Virus record (IMG/VR): IMGVR_UViG_2974621193_000001
Coordinates: 11,688-75,687 of that record
Source of the DNA: a virus
Lineage: Duplodnaviria > Caudoviricetes
Strand: one strand, 5' to 3'
Length of the DNA stretch: 64,000 nucleotides
Shown here: in pieces, positions 35,111-44,190 of the stretch
Numbering within the stretch: the stretch's first letter is position 1
Layout of the letters: every line of letters begins with the position of its first letter
Notes under the pieces: model-generated
Database searches by the model: none
What the model was told of the DNA's origin: nothing
What the model saw: the letters and a program-made list of their open reading frames with translations, nothing else
Program-made: the position numbers and the translations under genes

Positions 35111-35628
35111 GCGATCTTCCCATGCTTGTACGGCCTCGTCTGATTGTAGCGCATCTTGTAGATGACCGCCTCGGCGAGGGAAGCGTTCACCCCGTCGCGC
35201 TGCATCTCCTCGGCCGAGTCACCGAGGCGGATGATGATGTCCGCGAACTCGGCGAAGATTCCCTCGGCCTTGCGGATCGAGCCGTCGGAGTTGTAGGGAT
35301 CGGGGTGATGGCCTGAGCCCTTGTTGGGATCACCGATCTTGTCGTTGAACCACAGTGGCGGTTGGTTCTCGCGCCAGCATTCCAGCGCCTCGCTTGCTTC
35401 CGAGTGCAGCAGCGCGGTGACTAGGCCGAAGTTGCGTGGGCCTCCGTCCTCCTCGTGGAAGCCGTGCGCGTCGGTGATCGTCCAGCAGGCTGCTTGGATC
35501 AGGTCCAGGGCGGTGGCGATGAGGGTCTCGCCCTCGGTGGTCAGCTGACCTGTCTGCGGGTTGTACAGATGGTCGACCGGCTGACCTGCCAAGAACGCTT
35601 CGGCCTGATCCGGGGTGGGGTAAGTCAC
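35107..35628 (-). CDS. MazG-like nucleotide pyrophosphohydrolase
   Basis: ALLHSEASEALE...AEFADIIIRLGD...KMRYNQTRPYKHGK. Confidence 0.8.
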   Translation of the reverse strand: MTYPTPDQAEAFLAGQPVDHLYNPQTGQLTTEGETLIATALDLIQAACWTITDAHGFHEEDGGPRNFGLVTALLHSEASEALECWRENQPPLWFNDKIGDPNKGSGHHPDPYNSDGSIRKAEGIFAEFADIIIRLGDSAEEMQRDGVNASLAEAVIYKMRYNQTRPYKHGKIA

Positions 35629-35640
35629 TTGGGTCTCCTT

Positions 35641-36210
35641 CTAGGGGGTCCACTCGTTGTCGGCGATTTCTCCACCGCCGAGTTCACTCTTCAGCATGGC
35701 TTCCCATGCCTCCTGTCCAGCCGGTGAGAACAGTTCTTCGATCGGACAGATCGCTGTCTCCTTCGGCCGGAAGCCTTCGATGCTGTGGCGAATCTCGATC
35801 ACCACATAGGGCCAAGTCGTGACCTCTTGGGACGATACGAGGCGCGACATGTTTTGGATGACGGCGCGATCGTTGGGCAGGAACACCCCCTGCAGGGCGT
35901 CCTCCGTTCCCTTTTGCATATTGGTCACATCGGCCCAATTGCGGGTTGAAGTTCCAGTCCGCGTCTTGTATTGAGTGCGCTGTCGGCTGAACGAGTACCG
36001 GATTGAGTAGTACGGACCCGGCAGAATCTCGGCATCTCCGGCCGTCAGCTCCGCGACGAGAGCCTCCTGGTAGGCCTTCAGCGTTTTGTTCGGCGTCACC
36101 TTGGGCCAGGGCTTGCGACCCTTGGTGATGACCTGAACATCGCCCATTGCCCACGGCTCGGGGTTGAGGTTCAGCGCAGCTGCGACCACATTCGGGTAGA
36201 CCTCAGACAC
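35641..36210 (-). CDS. RusA-like Holliday junction resolvase
   Basis: ADVTNMQKGTEDALQGVFLPNDRAV resembles the RusA DxDNxxKxxxDxL...D motif; GTG 36210. Confidence 0.72.
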   Translation of the reverse strand: MSEVYPNVVAAALNLNPEPWAMGDVQVITKGRKPWPKVTPNKTLKAYQEALVAELTAGDAEILPGPYYSIRYSFSRQRTQYKTRTGTSTRNWADVTNMQKGTEDALQGVFLPNDRAVIQNMSRLVSSQEVTTWPYVVIEIRHSIEGFRPKETAICPIEELFSPAGQEAWEAMLKSELGGGEIADNEWTP

Positions 36211-36565
36211 GGGTGTCTCCGTAGCTGGTACGCATGAGCTTGAGTGCCTCGGTGATCTTCCATACACGCATGTTCAGGAAGATGGCGAGGTCGAGCTCGG
36301 TGCGCGCACCTCGTGATCCTCCCCAGCCAGGGATGAGTACGAGGTCACTGCACTCGATGAGTTCCTTGAGGTCGGCCCTGACGTAGTCCGTGTAGGGTAG
36401 ACTGCCCGGTTCGCCCGGCAGCTCGCGTGCGATCTCAGCGGGACTCACGACAGTGTAGCCCTGACTGCGCAACTCCTTGGCGTAGAAGTCGAACGTAGAG
36501 AAGTTGTACCCCTCGATGCCGGTCATCGGCCCGGCGAGGTAGAACTTGCGCTGCAACTGAACCAT
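36203..36565 (-). CDS. DUF4406 / nucleoside 2-deoxyribosyltransferase-like protein
   Basis: FYLAGPMTG..NFSTF...VVSPAE...LIECSDLVLIPGW..SRGARTELDLA. Confidence 0.78.
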   Translation of the reverse strand: MVQLQRKFYLAGPMTGIEGYNFSTFDFYAKELRSQGYTVVSPAEIARELPGEPGSLPYTDYVRADLKELIECSDLVLIPGWGGSRGARTELDLAIFLNMRVWKITEALKLMRTSYGDTRV

Positions 36566-37698
36566 TACTTGTCGCCCCTGTCTTTTGGCATTTCAACGCG
36601 AGGCATAACGCACGCCTCGAACCCTTCTTCCGCCGTGAACTTAACCATCGACGTGGTCTTAGAAGGATTGTAGTGCATGGTGAGGGTCTTGCCCGGCGCC
36701 TTGGAGACGACATCGGTGAAGGTCTCGAGCGAGAACAGATACTTCAACGGGTCGTGGGTAGATTCCATCTCCAGCATCAGGGACTCTTCGATCTCCTCGG
36801 CGGAGTCGCGGTCCTTGATCGCGAGGGTCATCATGTCTCCGGCGATCCACACATCTAGGCCGATCTGCCTATCAGATGCGCCGATCTTTGACACCCTAGA
36901 TAGTACACCGACGATAGTTTCCTTGTCAAACGAACAAGACTCCTCGTGCTCCTTGTCCATCATCCGGCTGACCGGGTCGAACTTCTCCTCGAACAACGAG
37001 CACTTGATGTAGATGTCCTCGGTTGGGGAGATGACGAGGTTTGGACCCAGTACACCCACCTCGCATTCCTCGAGTGTGCGCAGGATTGGGCCGATGAGGT
37101 GGTAAGGGATCACCACATTGCTGCGCCCGTCTGCGAACTTGTAGTCGTTCGGCACTCGCATGGCGACCTTGCCGTTCGAGGAGCACAGGTACTCCTCGTC
37201 CATGTACAGGCCGGCCCTGGGTGGAAGGCCATCGGTGTTGACACCCCAGCCGATGAGGTCCATGCGAGCTCCGAGACCCTTCGTCGGGTACATTCCATCG
37301 GGATCGTACATGAACTGCTCTTTGTCGGGGTAATCACCACCCTTGAGGAAGGGGGTGCTGGCCCTCATGCGCCCGCTGGTGATGCGCAGTCGGCCACCTT
37401 CGTCGATGAACTTGGACTGGCCCGACACCGGCAGGGCTGTCACGATGCCATGAGTCGAGATCGAGGACACCCGCCAGGTGGCCGGTGCATCGCACTCGAT
37501 GGACACTGGGTAGAGGAACTCGGTGTAGTACAGCGAGCCGTTGGTTGTCCTAAGGGTGACGTACTCGTCGACAGGATTGACGTCGATAACGAAGCCCTTG
37601 AACAGATCGAAGTCCCGCCCGCGTGTCGGGGCTACGATGTTCGCACGCTTGAATGCATCTGCAAGCGTGGCGTTGTTGAACTCGATTGTGGTTCCCAC
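36565..37698 (-). CDS. DNA polymerase III beta-like sliding clamp
   Basis: 377 aa with three-domain clamp-like periodicity; TLRTTNG, LRITSGRMRAS...DYP, SSNG...VVIP. Confidence 0.7.
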   Translation of the reverse strand: MGTTIEFNNATLADAFKRANIVAPTRGRDFDLFKGFVIDVNPVDEYVTLRTTNGSLYYTEFLYPVSIECDAPATWRVSSISTHGIVTALPVSGQSKFIDEGGRLRITSGRMRASTPFLKGGDYPDKEQFMYDPDGMYPTKGLGARMDLIGWGVNTDGLPPRAGLYMDEEYLCSSNGKVAMRVPNDYKFADGRSNVVIPYHLIGPILRTLEECEVGVLGPNLVISPTEDIYIKCSLFEEKFDPVSRMMDKEHEESCSFDKETIVGVLSRVSKIGASDRQIGLDVWIAGDMMTLAIKDRDSAEEIEESLMLEMESTHDPLKYLFSLETFTDVVSKAPGKTLTMHYNPSKTTSMVKFTAEEGFEACVMPRVEMPKDRGDK

Positions 37699-37699
37699 A

Positions 37700-37897
37700 T
37701 CACGCCCTTACTGACAGGGTCACAGTCACCTGCGGCGAGCCTCCCCGGTCATCGGGCACCGAGCTGACGTCGACCTTGACTTCGTGCTCGTCGTCGAGTC
37801 CATGAATGAAGCTATCGAGGTCGCCGATCGTGAGTCCGCGGTACTGAGGATGGTTGTTGCTGAACTTGATCTCGCGATAATTGCTTGTGAGTGCCAT
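37700..37897 (-). CDS. hypothetical protein
   Basis: 65 aa, GC3 bias. Confidence 0.55.
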   Translation of the reverse strand: MALTSNYREIKFSNNHPQYRGLTIGDLDSFIHGLDDEHEVKVDVSSVPDDRGGSPQVTVTLSVRA

Positions 37898-37898
37898 G

Positions 37899-38525
37899 TC
37901 AGGCCCCCGTCAGATCAGCGCACGCAGCAGCCGGGCCGGTGATCCACTTCGCCATGCGGCGCTCCATGTCGATCGAGTGCATCAGGTCCTCGAGCGCACG
38001 GTGCCCTGGCTTGTCGTCGGGACTCTTGTACTTGGTGGGATCGTTGTCGATCTTCTTCCACAGCTCGGGCTGCGTTGCCTTGAGCCGCTCCATGTCCGAG
38101 CTCGAGTCGACCACTCGGTAGTGGAAGTAATCGTTGAGCTTGGGCATCTTCTGCTCGAGGAACTTCCGGTCGAAGTGAACCGAGCTGCCCCACACCGGCA
38201 GGCCCTTGATCTGGAACCCGCTGATGGCACCGAGGATGCGCTCTTCGATCTCTTCGTACTCGCGGGTTGGGACGTTGCGCTCCATGAACCCGCGCAGCTT
38301 GGGGAACAGTCCGTTCTTGGTGTGCATCTCACGAACAGGCTTGACAAAGCTGTCGTCGGCCAGGCGAAGGACTACCTGCGGGGTGTAGAGAATGCCCGTC
38401 AGTGTCTTGCCCTCGACCGGAGTCCAGGTCGTCGTGTCCACCACCACGATGGCGAACTCGATGATCTCCTCGGTGACCGGATTCAGGCCGGTGGTCTCGA
38501 GGTCGATGAATACTGCATTGCTCAT
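37899..38525 (-). CDS. DEDDh exonuclease, oligoribonuclease (Orn)-like
   Basis: SD gagaagg + ATG 38525; IDLETTGL..EIIE, MHTKNGL, GSSVHFDRKFL...YFHYRVVDSSS, HRALEDL. Confidence 0.8.
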   Translation of the reverse strand: MSNAVFIDLETTGLNPVTEEIIEFAIVVVDTTTWTPVEGKTLTGILYTPQVVLRLADDSFVKPVREMHTKNGLFPKLRGFMERNVPTREYEEIEERILGAISGFQIKGLPVWGSSVHFDRKFLEQKMPKLNDYFHYRVVDSSSDMERLKATQPELWKKIDNDPTKYKSPDDKPGHRALEDLMHSIDMERRMAKWITGPAAACADLTGA

Positions 38526-38722
38526 TGGGTCTCCTTCTCTCGGCTGATGATGTAGTTGTGCACGTCCTGACGTGGGATCAGGTACCCCTTGCCCGGACGG
38601 TGAGCGTTCGGGAACTTCCCCGCCTTCACCAACTCCCGAACGTGGTTGACTGTTACCAGCAGGATCGCCGCCACCTGGTCGGTCGTCAGGTTGTCGTTCT
38701 CTGGCGCGATGTTCACGGTCAC
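38522..38722 (-). CDS. excisionase-like HTH DNA-binding protein
   Basis: LTTDQVAAILLVTVNHVRELVKAGKFPNAHRPGKGYLIP. Confidence 0.8.
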   Translation of the reverse strand: MTVNIAPENDNLTTDQVAAILLVTVNHVRELVKAGKFPNAHRPGKGYLIPRQDVHNYIISREKETQ

Positions 38723-38984
38723 TTCTTTCGTAGTATCTGTCTATCAGGGCAGATTCCTTGATGTCGCTCTCAGCAAGGACTTCTATTTGATCCACACAGT
38801 TCTCGCATATAGATCGAGTCCTTATTTGAGACGGTGCATTCCTGTAGTGCCTGTCATACTCGATCCAGTATGTGAACTGAAATACACCTGCATGATATTC
38901 AATACGAGCTGGGGTTATCTCCGCGTACCGATCACGCGGAAACTTGCAACCCCTGCGTTTCCACGCGCAGCCCGCAGCCTTCAT
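38723..38984 (-). other. AT-richer coding segment (CAW..GC, CENC) with no own stop; frame runs through the HTH gene into the exonuclease
   Basis: ATG 38984 overlaps the upstream TGA; track ORF 37899..38984 is uninterrupted. Confidence 0.45.
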
Positions 38985-39265
38985 GCCCCCGCATGAACGC
39001 GCTGCATGATGGCGTTGAGGTCGCCAATCAGTCCGTCAACCGCCTCGACGGTAGCCTTGTGAGCCTGGTACGTCTCTGTTGCTTGGTTGATCTTCACGGC
39101 CGACTGGCTGTTCTTGGTGACATCGGCAAGCTGGGCCTTGGAGACCGCCAACTGTGCACGGCTGTCTACAGCCAGGTCTATGAGGCGCTGCTCGAAGAGG
39201 TCGAGCACCCGCTTGTTGCGGTCCTCGAACAGCTTTCCTACGTTGACCAGTACAGTACGAATCAC
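38981..39265 (-). CDS. helical hypothetical protein
   Basis: GTG 39265 overlaps the helicase TGA; 94 aa. Confidence 0.6.
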   Translation of the reverse strand: MIRTVLVNVGKLFEDRNKRVLDLFEQRLIDLAVDSRAQLAVSKAQLADVTKNSQSAVKINQATETYQAHKATVEAVDGLIGDLNAIMQRVHAGA

Positions 39266-40830
39266 AGTGTGCCCTCCAGTGCATCGTTGAGCTTCTCCAT
39301 GAAGCTCGCGTCCACGGAACCCTTGGCTCCGTTGCGAATGATAGTATCGAACGAGAACTCTTTGTCTTTGATGATCTGTTCGACACGGTACTCGGCGGAG
39401 TTCTTCACCATGTAGTCGAACACCTGGATCGAAGGGTGATGCTCCGATCCGACTCGGCGCATACGGCCAACACACTGGTCATTCAAGCCGGGGCTGAACT
39501 CTTTGCCGATGAACTGCCCGTGATTAGCAGCAGTCATGTTCAGGCCCACGCCCATAGCCTTGATGATCCCGATGATGACTCCCGGCTCCTTGTCTGCCGT
39601 CCAGTCCTTCACAACCTGCTGGCGCTTGTCCTTGTTGACCTTGCCATGAATCTGGTAGACCGGCGTGCCGGGTCGAGCCTCCTCGAGGCGCCGCATGTAA
39701 GCGGTGATGATCGGCATGAACTGGGTGAACACAATGAGCTTGTGTCCGTTGTCCAGTATCTCGCACGCATCCTTGATGGCGAGGTCCAGCTTCGGAGACT
39801 CATCCCAGTCGGGCAGCAGTGTGCATGTGGATGCACAGATCTGACGCAGTCGCAGCTGCCGAACCATCGGCCACTCGAGCGCCTCCTCCTGCTCGTCGGT
39901 GAAGGCGGGCACGTACTTCTGCAGCTTGTGTTCGGTCGCCAGGTAGTTGTACATCTCACGAGGCTTGTCGATCAGCGAGACCATGCGCTTGATGACGTTG
40001 ACCTCGGGCAGGTCGATCACGTTGTCGATCTCGCGGCGCAGCATGACTTGCGATAGGCGTGCTGCAAGCTGGCGCTCGTTCTTGACTGCGGTGACCTGCT
40101 TGCCGTTGAACCCACCGAGCACACAGTACTTCGCCTTGAACCCAGCGAAGGTGCCCCACTGTCCTGGGGTAACCCAGTCGAGCAGGGTCCACAGGTCGTC
40201 GACCTGGTTGGTCATCGGCGTGCCACTCATAGCGAGACGCCGGCCAGACGCTAGTTGACTGATGTTCTTGTAGGCATTGGTCTCGCGGTTCTTGATAATG
40301 TGCGCTTCGTCGGCCACGAGGTAGTCGATGTTCATGGAGTTGAGCTGCTGGATGTGGTCACCGAGAGCTTCGTAGTTGATGACCAGAATCTTATGGTTGT
40401 CGATCCGCTTGAACTCTTCGATCTGCTTGAAGCGGTCGATGAGGTTGCCAGTCGCCACGATGTGTTCGAGCTTGGTAAACTTCACGATCTCGTCGGACCA
40501 GTTCATGCGCAGGGAGGCGGGCACCACTGCCACCATGAGGCACCGCTTGTTGGGGTCTTTCTTGACCGACGACCAGATGTGCATACCGAAGGTGAACAGC
40601 GCCTGGATCGTCTTGCCAAGGCCCATCTCGTCTCCGAGGATGGCGCCCTTCTTGTTCTTGAGCCAACGCACGCCCTCGTCCTGGTAGGGCTTGAGCTCGA
40701 TCTCGGGGCGAATCCAGTAGTCGAGTGAACCTCTACTGCGAGGGCCCTTCGTACCCGAGAGCGTGTTCAGTTTTTTCGCTGAACCTGCGCTCAAGGGTAC
40801 TGACGAAGGGCGTTCGTTCACCGTTGTCAC
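39262..40830 (-). CDS. SNF2-family (SF2) helicase; start uncertain
   Basis: LKPYQ, ILGDEMGLGKT, VADEAH, AMSGTP, LIVFTQF, QCVGRMRR; GTG 40830 has SD gggag. Confidence 0.88.
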   Translation of the reverse strand: MTTVNERPSSVPLSAGSAKKLNTLSGTKGPRSRGSLDYWIRPEIELKPYQDEGVRWLKNKKGAILGDEMGLGKTIQALFTFGMHIWSSVKKDPNKRCLMVAVVPASLRMNWSDEIVKFTKLEHIVATGNLIDRFKQIEEFKRIDNHKILVINYEALGDHIQQLNSMNIDYLVADEAHIIKNRETNAYKNISQLASGRRLAMSGTPMTNQVDDLWTLLDWVTPGQWGTFAGFKAKYCVLGGFNGKQVTAVKNERQLAARLSQVMLRREIDNVIDLPEVNVIKRMVSLIDKPREMYNYLATEHKLQKYVPAFTDEQEEALEWPMVRQLRLRQICASTCTLLPDWDESPKLDLAIKDACEILDNGHKLIVFTQFMPIITAYMRRLEEARPGTPVYQIHGKVNKDKRQQVVKDWTADKEPGVIIGIIKAMGVGLNMTAANHGQFIGKEFSPGLNDQCVGRMRRVGSEHHPSIQVFDYMVKNSAEYRVEQIIKDKEFSFDTIIRNGAKGSVDASFMEKLNDALEGTL

Positions 40831-41056
40831 TGAGTATCTCCCACTTGATTGGAACTGATTCACCGAGATCGTTGGTGCCTTCGATGAACTCAATGCGACA
40901 GTCAGGGAAGTGCCGCTCGACCCAGTCGATGTAGGCGATTGCTTCGCTAACTGTTCGGGGGACAGAAGTGTTCCAGACTTCGAACAGACCTGCCTCACGA
41001 TAGCGGTAGGCTTTGTAGGTTCTATCCGCTTCGGCTTCCCTAGGAACATATCTCAC
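40733..41056 (-). CDS. hypothetical protein overlapping the helicase 5' end
   Basis: GTG 41056 overlaps upstream TGA; GC3 bias favours this frame over the helicase frame here. Confidence 0.6.
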   Translation of the reverse strand: MRYVPREAEADRTYKAYRYREAGLFEVWNTSVPRTVSEAIAYIDWVERHFPDCRIEFIEGTNDLGESVPIKWEILSDNGERTPFVSTLERRFSEKTEHALGYEGPSQ

Positions 41057-41715
41057 CCCCACTTCGCTTTGTTCTGACATCCCTTGCACCCCCCGTCACG
41101 CTCGACATGTTCCCTCATGTCCTCGACTGAGGCGTATGGCTTGGAGCAGCTCGCACACATCAGTGGCTGCTTGCCGTGCTTGATTCCTACCACGCCTTGT
41201 CCGACATCGTAGGTCCGAGTTTCCGAGACCATCTTCGGTTCCGGCGGCTTCGGTGGGATCGTCTCCTCTTCGGAGAACTCGCCCTCGAGCGGGCCGTTGA
41301 AGGCGGGCAGTACCTCTGCTGCGTCCTCGACGGACGGCTCTTCGTCAGGCAGCTCGTCGATTGCCTTGACGATGTTGTCGAAGACGTGAGGGTCGGGCCT
41401 CTCCTCCTTGCCGCCCAGTCCGAGGGCTGCTTCGTAGGTCTGCCCGTCCACCATGCGGCCTCGGCGGTAGACGCGAGCGCCGACGATGATGCCCTGCAAC
41501 TTGAAAGCGTATGCGGTCGCGCCGAGCTCGCCGATCAGGTCGTGCAGGAAGTCGAGCTGATCGTTGCCGAGCTCGTCGATGAACGAGCTGAATGCAGCGA
41601 GGTCGGCGTTGTGGCTCTCCTCCTTCTTGCGGGAGGCTTCCTCGTACTGCTTTTGCTGGAAGCGCTGGAATGCTAGCGCCTGTTGGAACTCTTCGGGAAA
41701 ATCATTGTCGGGCAT
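41053..41715 (-). CDS. hypothetical protein with C-terminal Zn finger
   Basis: CASC...H...CKGC; SD ggaagga. Confidence 0.65.
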   Translation of the reverse strand: MPDNDFPEEFQQALAFQRFQQKQYEEASRKKEESHNADLAAFSSFIDELGNDQLDFLHDLIGELGATAYAFKLQGIIVGARVYRRGRMVDGQTYEAALGLGGKEERPDPHVFDNIVKAIDELPDEEPSVEDAAEVLPAFNGPLEGEFSEEETIPPKPPEPKMVSETRTYDVGQGVVGIKHGKQPLMCASCSKPYASVEDMREHVERDGGCKGCQNKAKWG

Positions 41716-41738
41716 GTATCATCCTTCCTGTGGGCACC

Positions 41739-41780
41739 ATAGTAAGGGGCCGCATTTCCACAGCTGCGGCCCCTTACTAT
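41739..41780 (-). terminator. perfect 16-bp stem hairpin
   Basis: atagtaaggggccgca / tgcggccccttactat, downstream of the SSB-like gene. Confidence 0.6.
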
Positions 41781-41833
41781 CCTGGTCCCTTATGATCGTC
41801 GAGTGATTGGCACTCTTTGCAGGGGAAGCACGA

Positions 41834-42913
41834 TCAGAAGGGGGGCTCTTCGTCCTCGTCGATCTGCACCGTACCGGCGGCGGGTGCCGTGTTCGAGAGG
41901 GGCTGGACCTTGCCCTTGGTGGAGATGACCTGCTCCTCGGGCTCCGGTTCCGGTTCCGGCTGGGCACGCTGCGCCTTCGGCGGCGTGGGCTGAGCCGGCT
42001 CAGGTGTCGGCGTGGGTGCCGGTTCCTGCTTCGGCTCTTCGGTCACCACGTCCGCGTCGATGACGTTGCCCTCGATGTCACCGTCAGGCACGGTGGCAGC
42101 TGCGGCCTCCCGGTCGTCGTCATCCCTCGGCATCGGGTACTGCAGCAGGAACCCCTGCGCCGACTTGAAGGAATCGAAGTAGTCCTGGTAGGACTCGGGA
42201 TCGGTCTTGGCGACCTTGGTGAAGATCGGCGTGCAGAACTTCACCATGCCACGCTTGTTCACGTCGAGCGTCAGCTTAGTTGCGACCGTGAAGATCGGGG
42301 TCTTCTTGGAGGCGAACGGCGTGACGTACTGACGAGCCGGCTTGATACCCGATCGGCGGATGGTGAACAGGGCGGGAACCCAGACGTCCGGGTCTTCAGG
42401 GTCCTGGTAGAGGAGAGGGAAGGTCCACTCCTCGGAGCACCAGGGCTTCTTGCCCGACGGGTCGGTGTTCCACTCCTTGAAGTGGCAGTCCTTGCATCCG
42501 ATGCTGGGCATCGTGAGTAGGTTGCCCTCGGGGCCGATCTCCAGGGGCTTCGCGTCAGTCGGCGCGTAGACATCCTGCGCTTCCCAGGGGAACTGCTTGC
42601 TCGTGGGGAGCTCGGAGTCCATATTCGGGAAGCCGTTGCGCATGTCGGGTGACTTGCAGAGCGGCGGGTCCTGATCGTCGCCGTCGCTCATCTCGCCCCA
42701 CATGATGCGGGACTTGTGCAGACCGAGGAGGATCACGGTGAGCTCGGAGAAGAGCTCGTCGGTCTGACTGTTCTTGAATGCCGCCTCGGGATGGTCGATC
42801 GAGAGGCGGGGCATCGTCAGGTCACTGGTGTCGAAGTCCTCGAGGCCGGTCTCCTGGCCGGACCACTCAACAACATCTGTACCCGTCGTCTGACTGGGCT
42901 GCAAAGAAGTCAT
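41834..42913 (-). CDS. putative ssDNA-binding protein
   Basis: DLTMPRLSID N-terminus, beta-rich core, Pro/Glu linker, acidic end DEDEEPPF like the SSB DDDIPF tail. Confidence 0.55.
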   Translation of the reverse strand: MTSLQPSQTTGTDVVEWSGQETGLEDFDTSDLTMPRLSIDHPEAAFKNSQTDELFSELTVILLGLHKSRIMWGEMSDGDDQDPPLCKSPDMRNGFPNMDSELPTSKQFPWEAQDVYAPTDAKPLEIGPEGNLLTMPSIGCKDCHFKEWNTDPSGKKPWCSEEWTFPLLYQDPEDPDVWVPALFTIRRSGIKPARQYVTPFASKKTPIFTVATKLTLDVNKRGMVKFCTPIFTKVAKTDPESYQDYFDSFKSAQGFLLQYPMPRDDDDREAAAATVPDGDIEGNVIDADVVTEEPKQEPAPTPTPEPAQPTPPKAQRAQPEPEPEPEEQVISTKGKVQPLSNTAPAAGTVQIDEDEEPPF

Positions 42914-42991
42914 GTACGTTGACTCATTTCTTGTTGTTCTGCAGGTTCATCGGTTCGCTGTTTTGTCATCGGCATTACTACCGATCTCTAT

Positions 42992-43020
42992 ACATTACTA
43001 CATATCGGGATCGTTGTCAA
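42992..43020 (-). promoter_or_regulatory. putative SigA-type promoter
   Basis: Minus strand TTGACA, 17 bp, TAATGT upstream of the SSB-like gene. Confidence 0.6.
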
Positions 43021-43340
43021 CCGAATCTTTGCGGACGTTTACTTGCCATCAATCGTGCGTTGCGCTGTTCCGAGAAGTTGATCCTCTTCTCTCTGAGCCA
43101 GAGCTTGAAGTCCGTTTCGGCTACACGCCAGATAGGCTTCTCGTCTGGGGCCGATATGTTAATGACCCTGAGCCGGCCCTTCATGGAGCCGGTTGACCGG
43201 CCCATGAAGAACAGGACACGTTCCTCGAGGTACGACCGAGAACAGTCCAGCATCAGGGCCACCTGCTGCACCGTATAGAAGAACTCCCGCGCAGGGAAGT
43301 GCACCTCGGAGGTCATGATGTCCTCTTGGAACGAGTTCAT
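43017..43340 (-). CDS. HTH DNA-binding protein (excisionase-like)
   Basis: FFYTVQQVALMLDCSRSYL...WRVAETDFKLWL. Confidence 0.7.
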   Translation of the reverse strand: MNSFQEDIMTSEVHFPAREFFYTVQQVALMLDCSRSYLEERVLFFMGRSTGSMKGRLRVINISAPDEKPIWRVAETDFKLWLREKRINFSEQRNARLMASKRPQRFG

Positions 43341-43690
43341 CGGATGATCGCGGACTGGTCGGCGGTGCGGATTGGAGTCCAGTGACGACTGCGAATCTCA
43401 TCCATGTGCACACCCGCCTTGGTGACGCCGAACATGAGCGCATTGCAGTACGCTTTGATCTGCTCGGCCACCCAGGGGTTGACCAGCAGTGCGTACGCGC
43501 CGTGGCCTGTACGCTCCAGGCCATGCTCGTGCTGATCCTTCAGGTCCTTCATCATCTGGATGATGGAGGGCGGAGCAAACTGGCTGACCGTGTGATCTTC
43601 GAACCGCACGTACACATACTTGCAGTCGATGAAGGTCTCGGTGCCGCTCCACACCACATTCTCCGGCGGCAAGGGGATGGTCATGTTCAT
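43337..43690 (-). CDS. hypothetical protein
   Basis: SD aggagg + ATG 43690. Confidence 0.6.
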   Translation of the reverse strand: MNMTIPLPPENVVWSGTETFIDCKYVYVRFEDHTVSQFAPPSIIQMMKDLKDQHEHGLERTGHGAYALLVNPWVAEQIKAYCNALMFGVTKAGVHMDEIRSRHWTPIRTADQSAIIR

Positions 43691-43707
43691 TTCTTGGATA
43701 CCTCCTA

Positions 43708-43974
43708 CTAGGTTATATACCTGGCTGCGTTCGAGGGTGTGGATGTGAACGCGATAGCCTTGTCGCGCGGCGTGCCACCGATCAGCCACTGAAAAGACTC
43801 AGGCGTGTCGGGGAGCAGTGCGTTCACCGAATCGACAGCCTGCTTGGGGCTGTCGAATGAGCCGACAGATTCGGCCCGTCCGTTGCCATTTGCATCAGTG
43901 ATACGCCAGTACCAGCGATGAGCTGCGGGTCGGCTATAGGTGCCACCCCGCTCAATCCGTACTCTCCTCATCAT
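43708..43974 (-). CDS. DUF1508/YegP-like protein
   Basis: RWYWRITDANGNGRAES..SFDSPKQAVDSV. Confidence 0.6.
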   Translation of the reverse strand: MMRRVRIERGGTYSRPAAHRWYWRITDANGNGRAESVGSFDSPKQAVDSVNALLPDTPESFQWLIGGTPRDKAIAFTSTPSNAARYIT

Positions 43975-44059
43975 CCACCTCCCCTAACACCTTCCGCTGG
44001 AACTTGGGGTCCAGCGCGTTCTCGCACATCGAGCGGAACAGCTCGGCGTAGTCGCTCAT
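43952..44059 (-). CDS. 35-aa peptide (not in ORF track)
   Basis: MSDYAELFRSMCENALDPKFQRKVLGEVDDEESTD; ATGA coupling. Confidence 0.45.
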   Translation of the reverse strand: MSDYAELFRSMCENALDPKFQRKVLGEVDDEESTD

Positions 44060-44190
44060 CGACCTGTCCTCTTCCGCTTGACCCGGCGCTTCTTCTTGTT
44101 CTTGTGGAACCGTTCCGCTCGCAGCTGGGTCTTGCGGTCCTCCTTCTCGATGCGCTTGATGTACTCATCGTAGTCGCCCTCGAAGCTCAT
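44056..44190 (-). CDS. 44-aa basic peptide
   Basis: MSFEGDYDEYIKRIEKE...KKKRRVKRKRTGR; ATGA coupling. Confidence 0.5.
   Translation of the reverse strand: MSFEGDYDEYIKRIEKEDRKTQLRAERFHKNKKKRRVKRKRTGR

Noticed and set aside
40831-41049. Helicase start at ATG 41049 as in the ORF track
   Set aside because: The extension is Ser/Thr-rich with weaker codon bias and fully overlaps the better-biased ORF 41056-40733; not excluded, but less likely.
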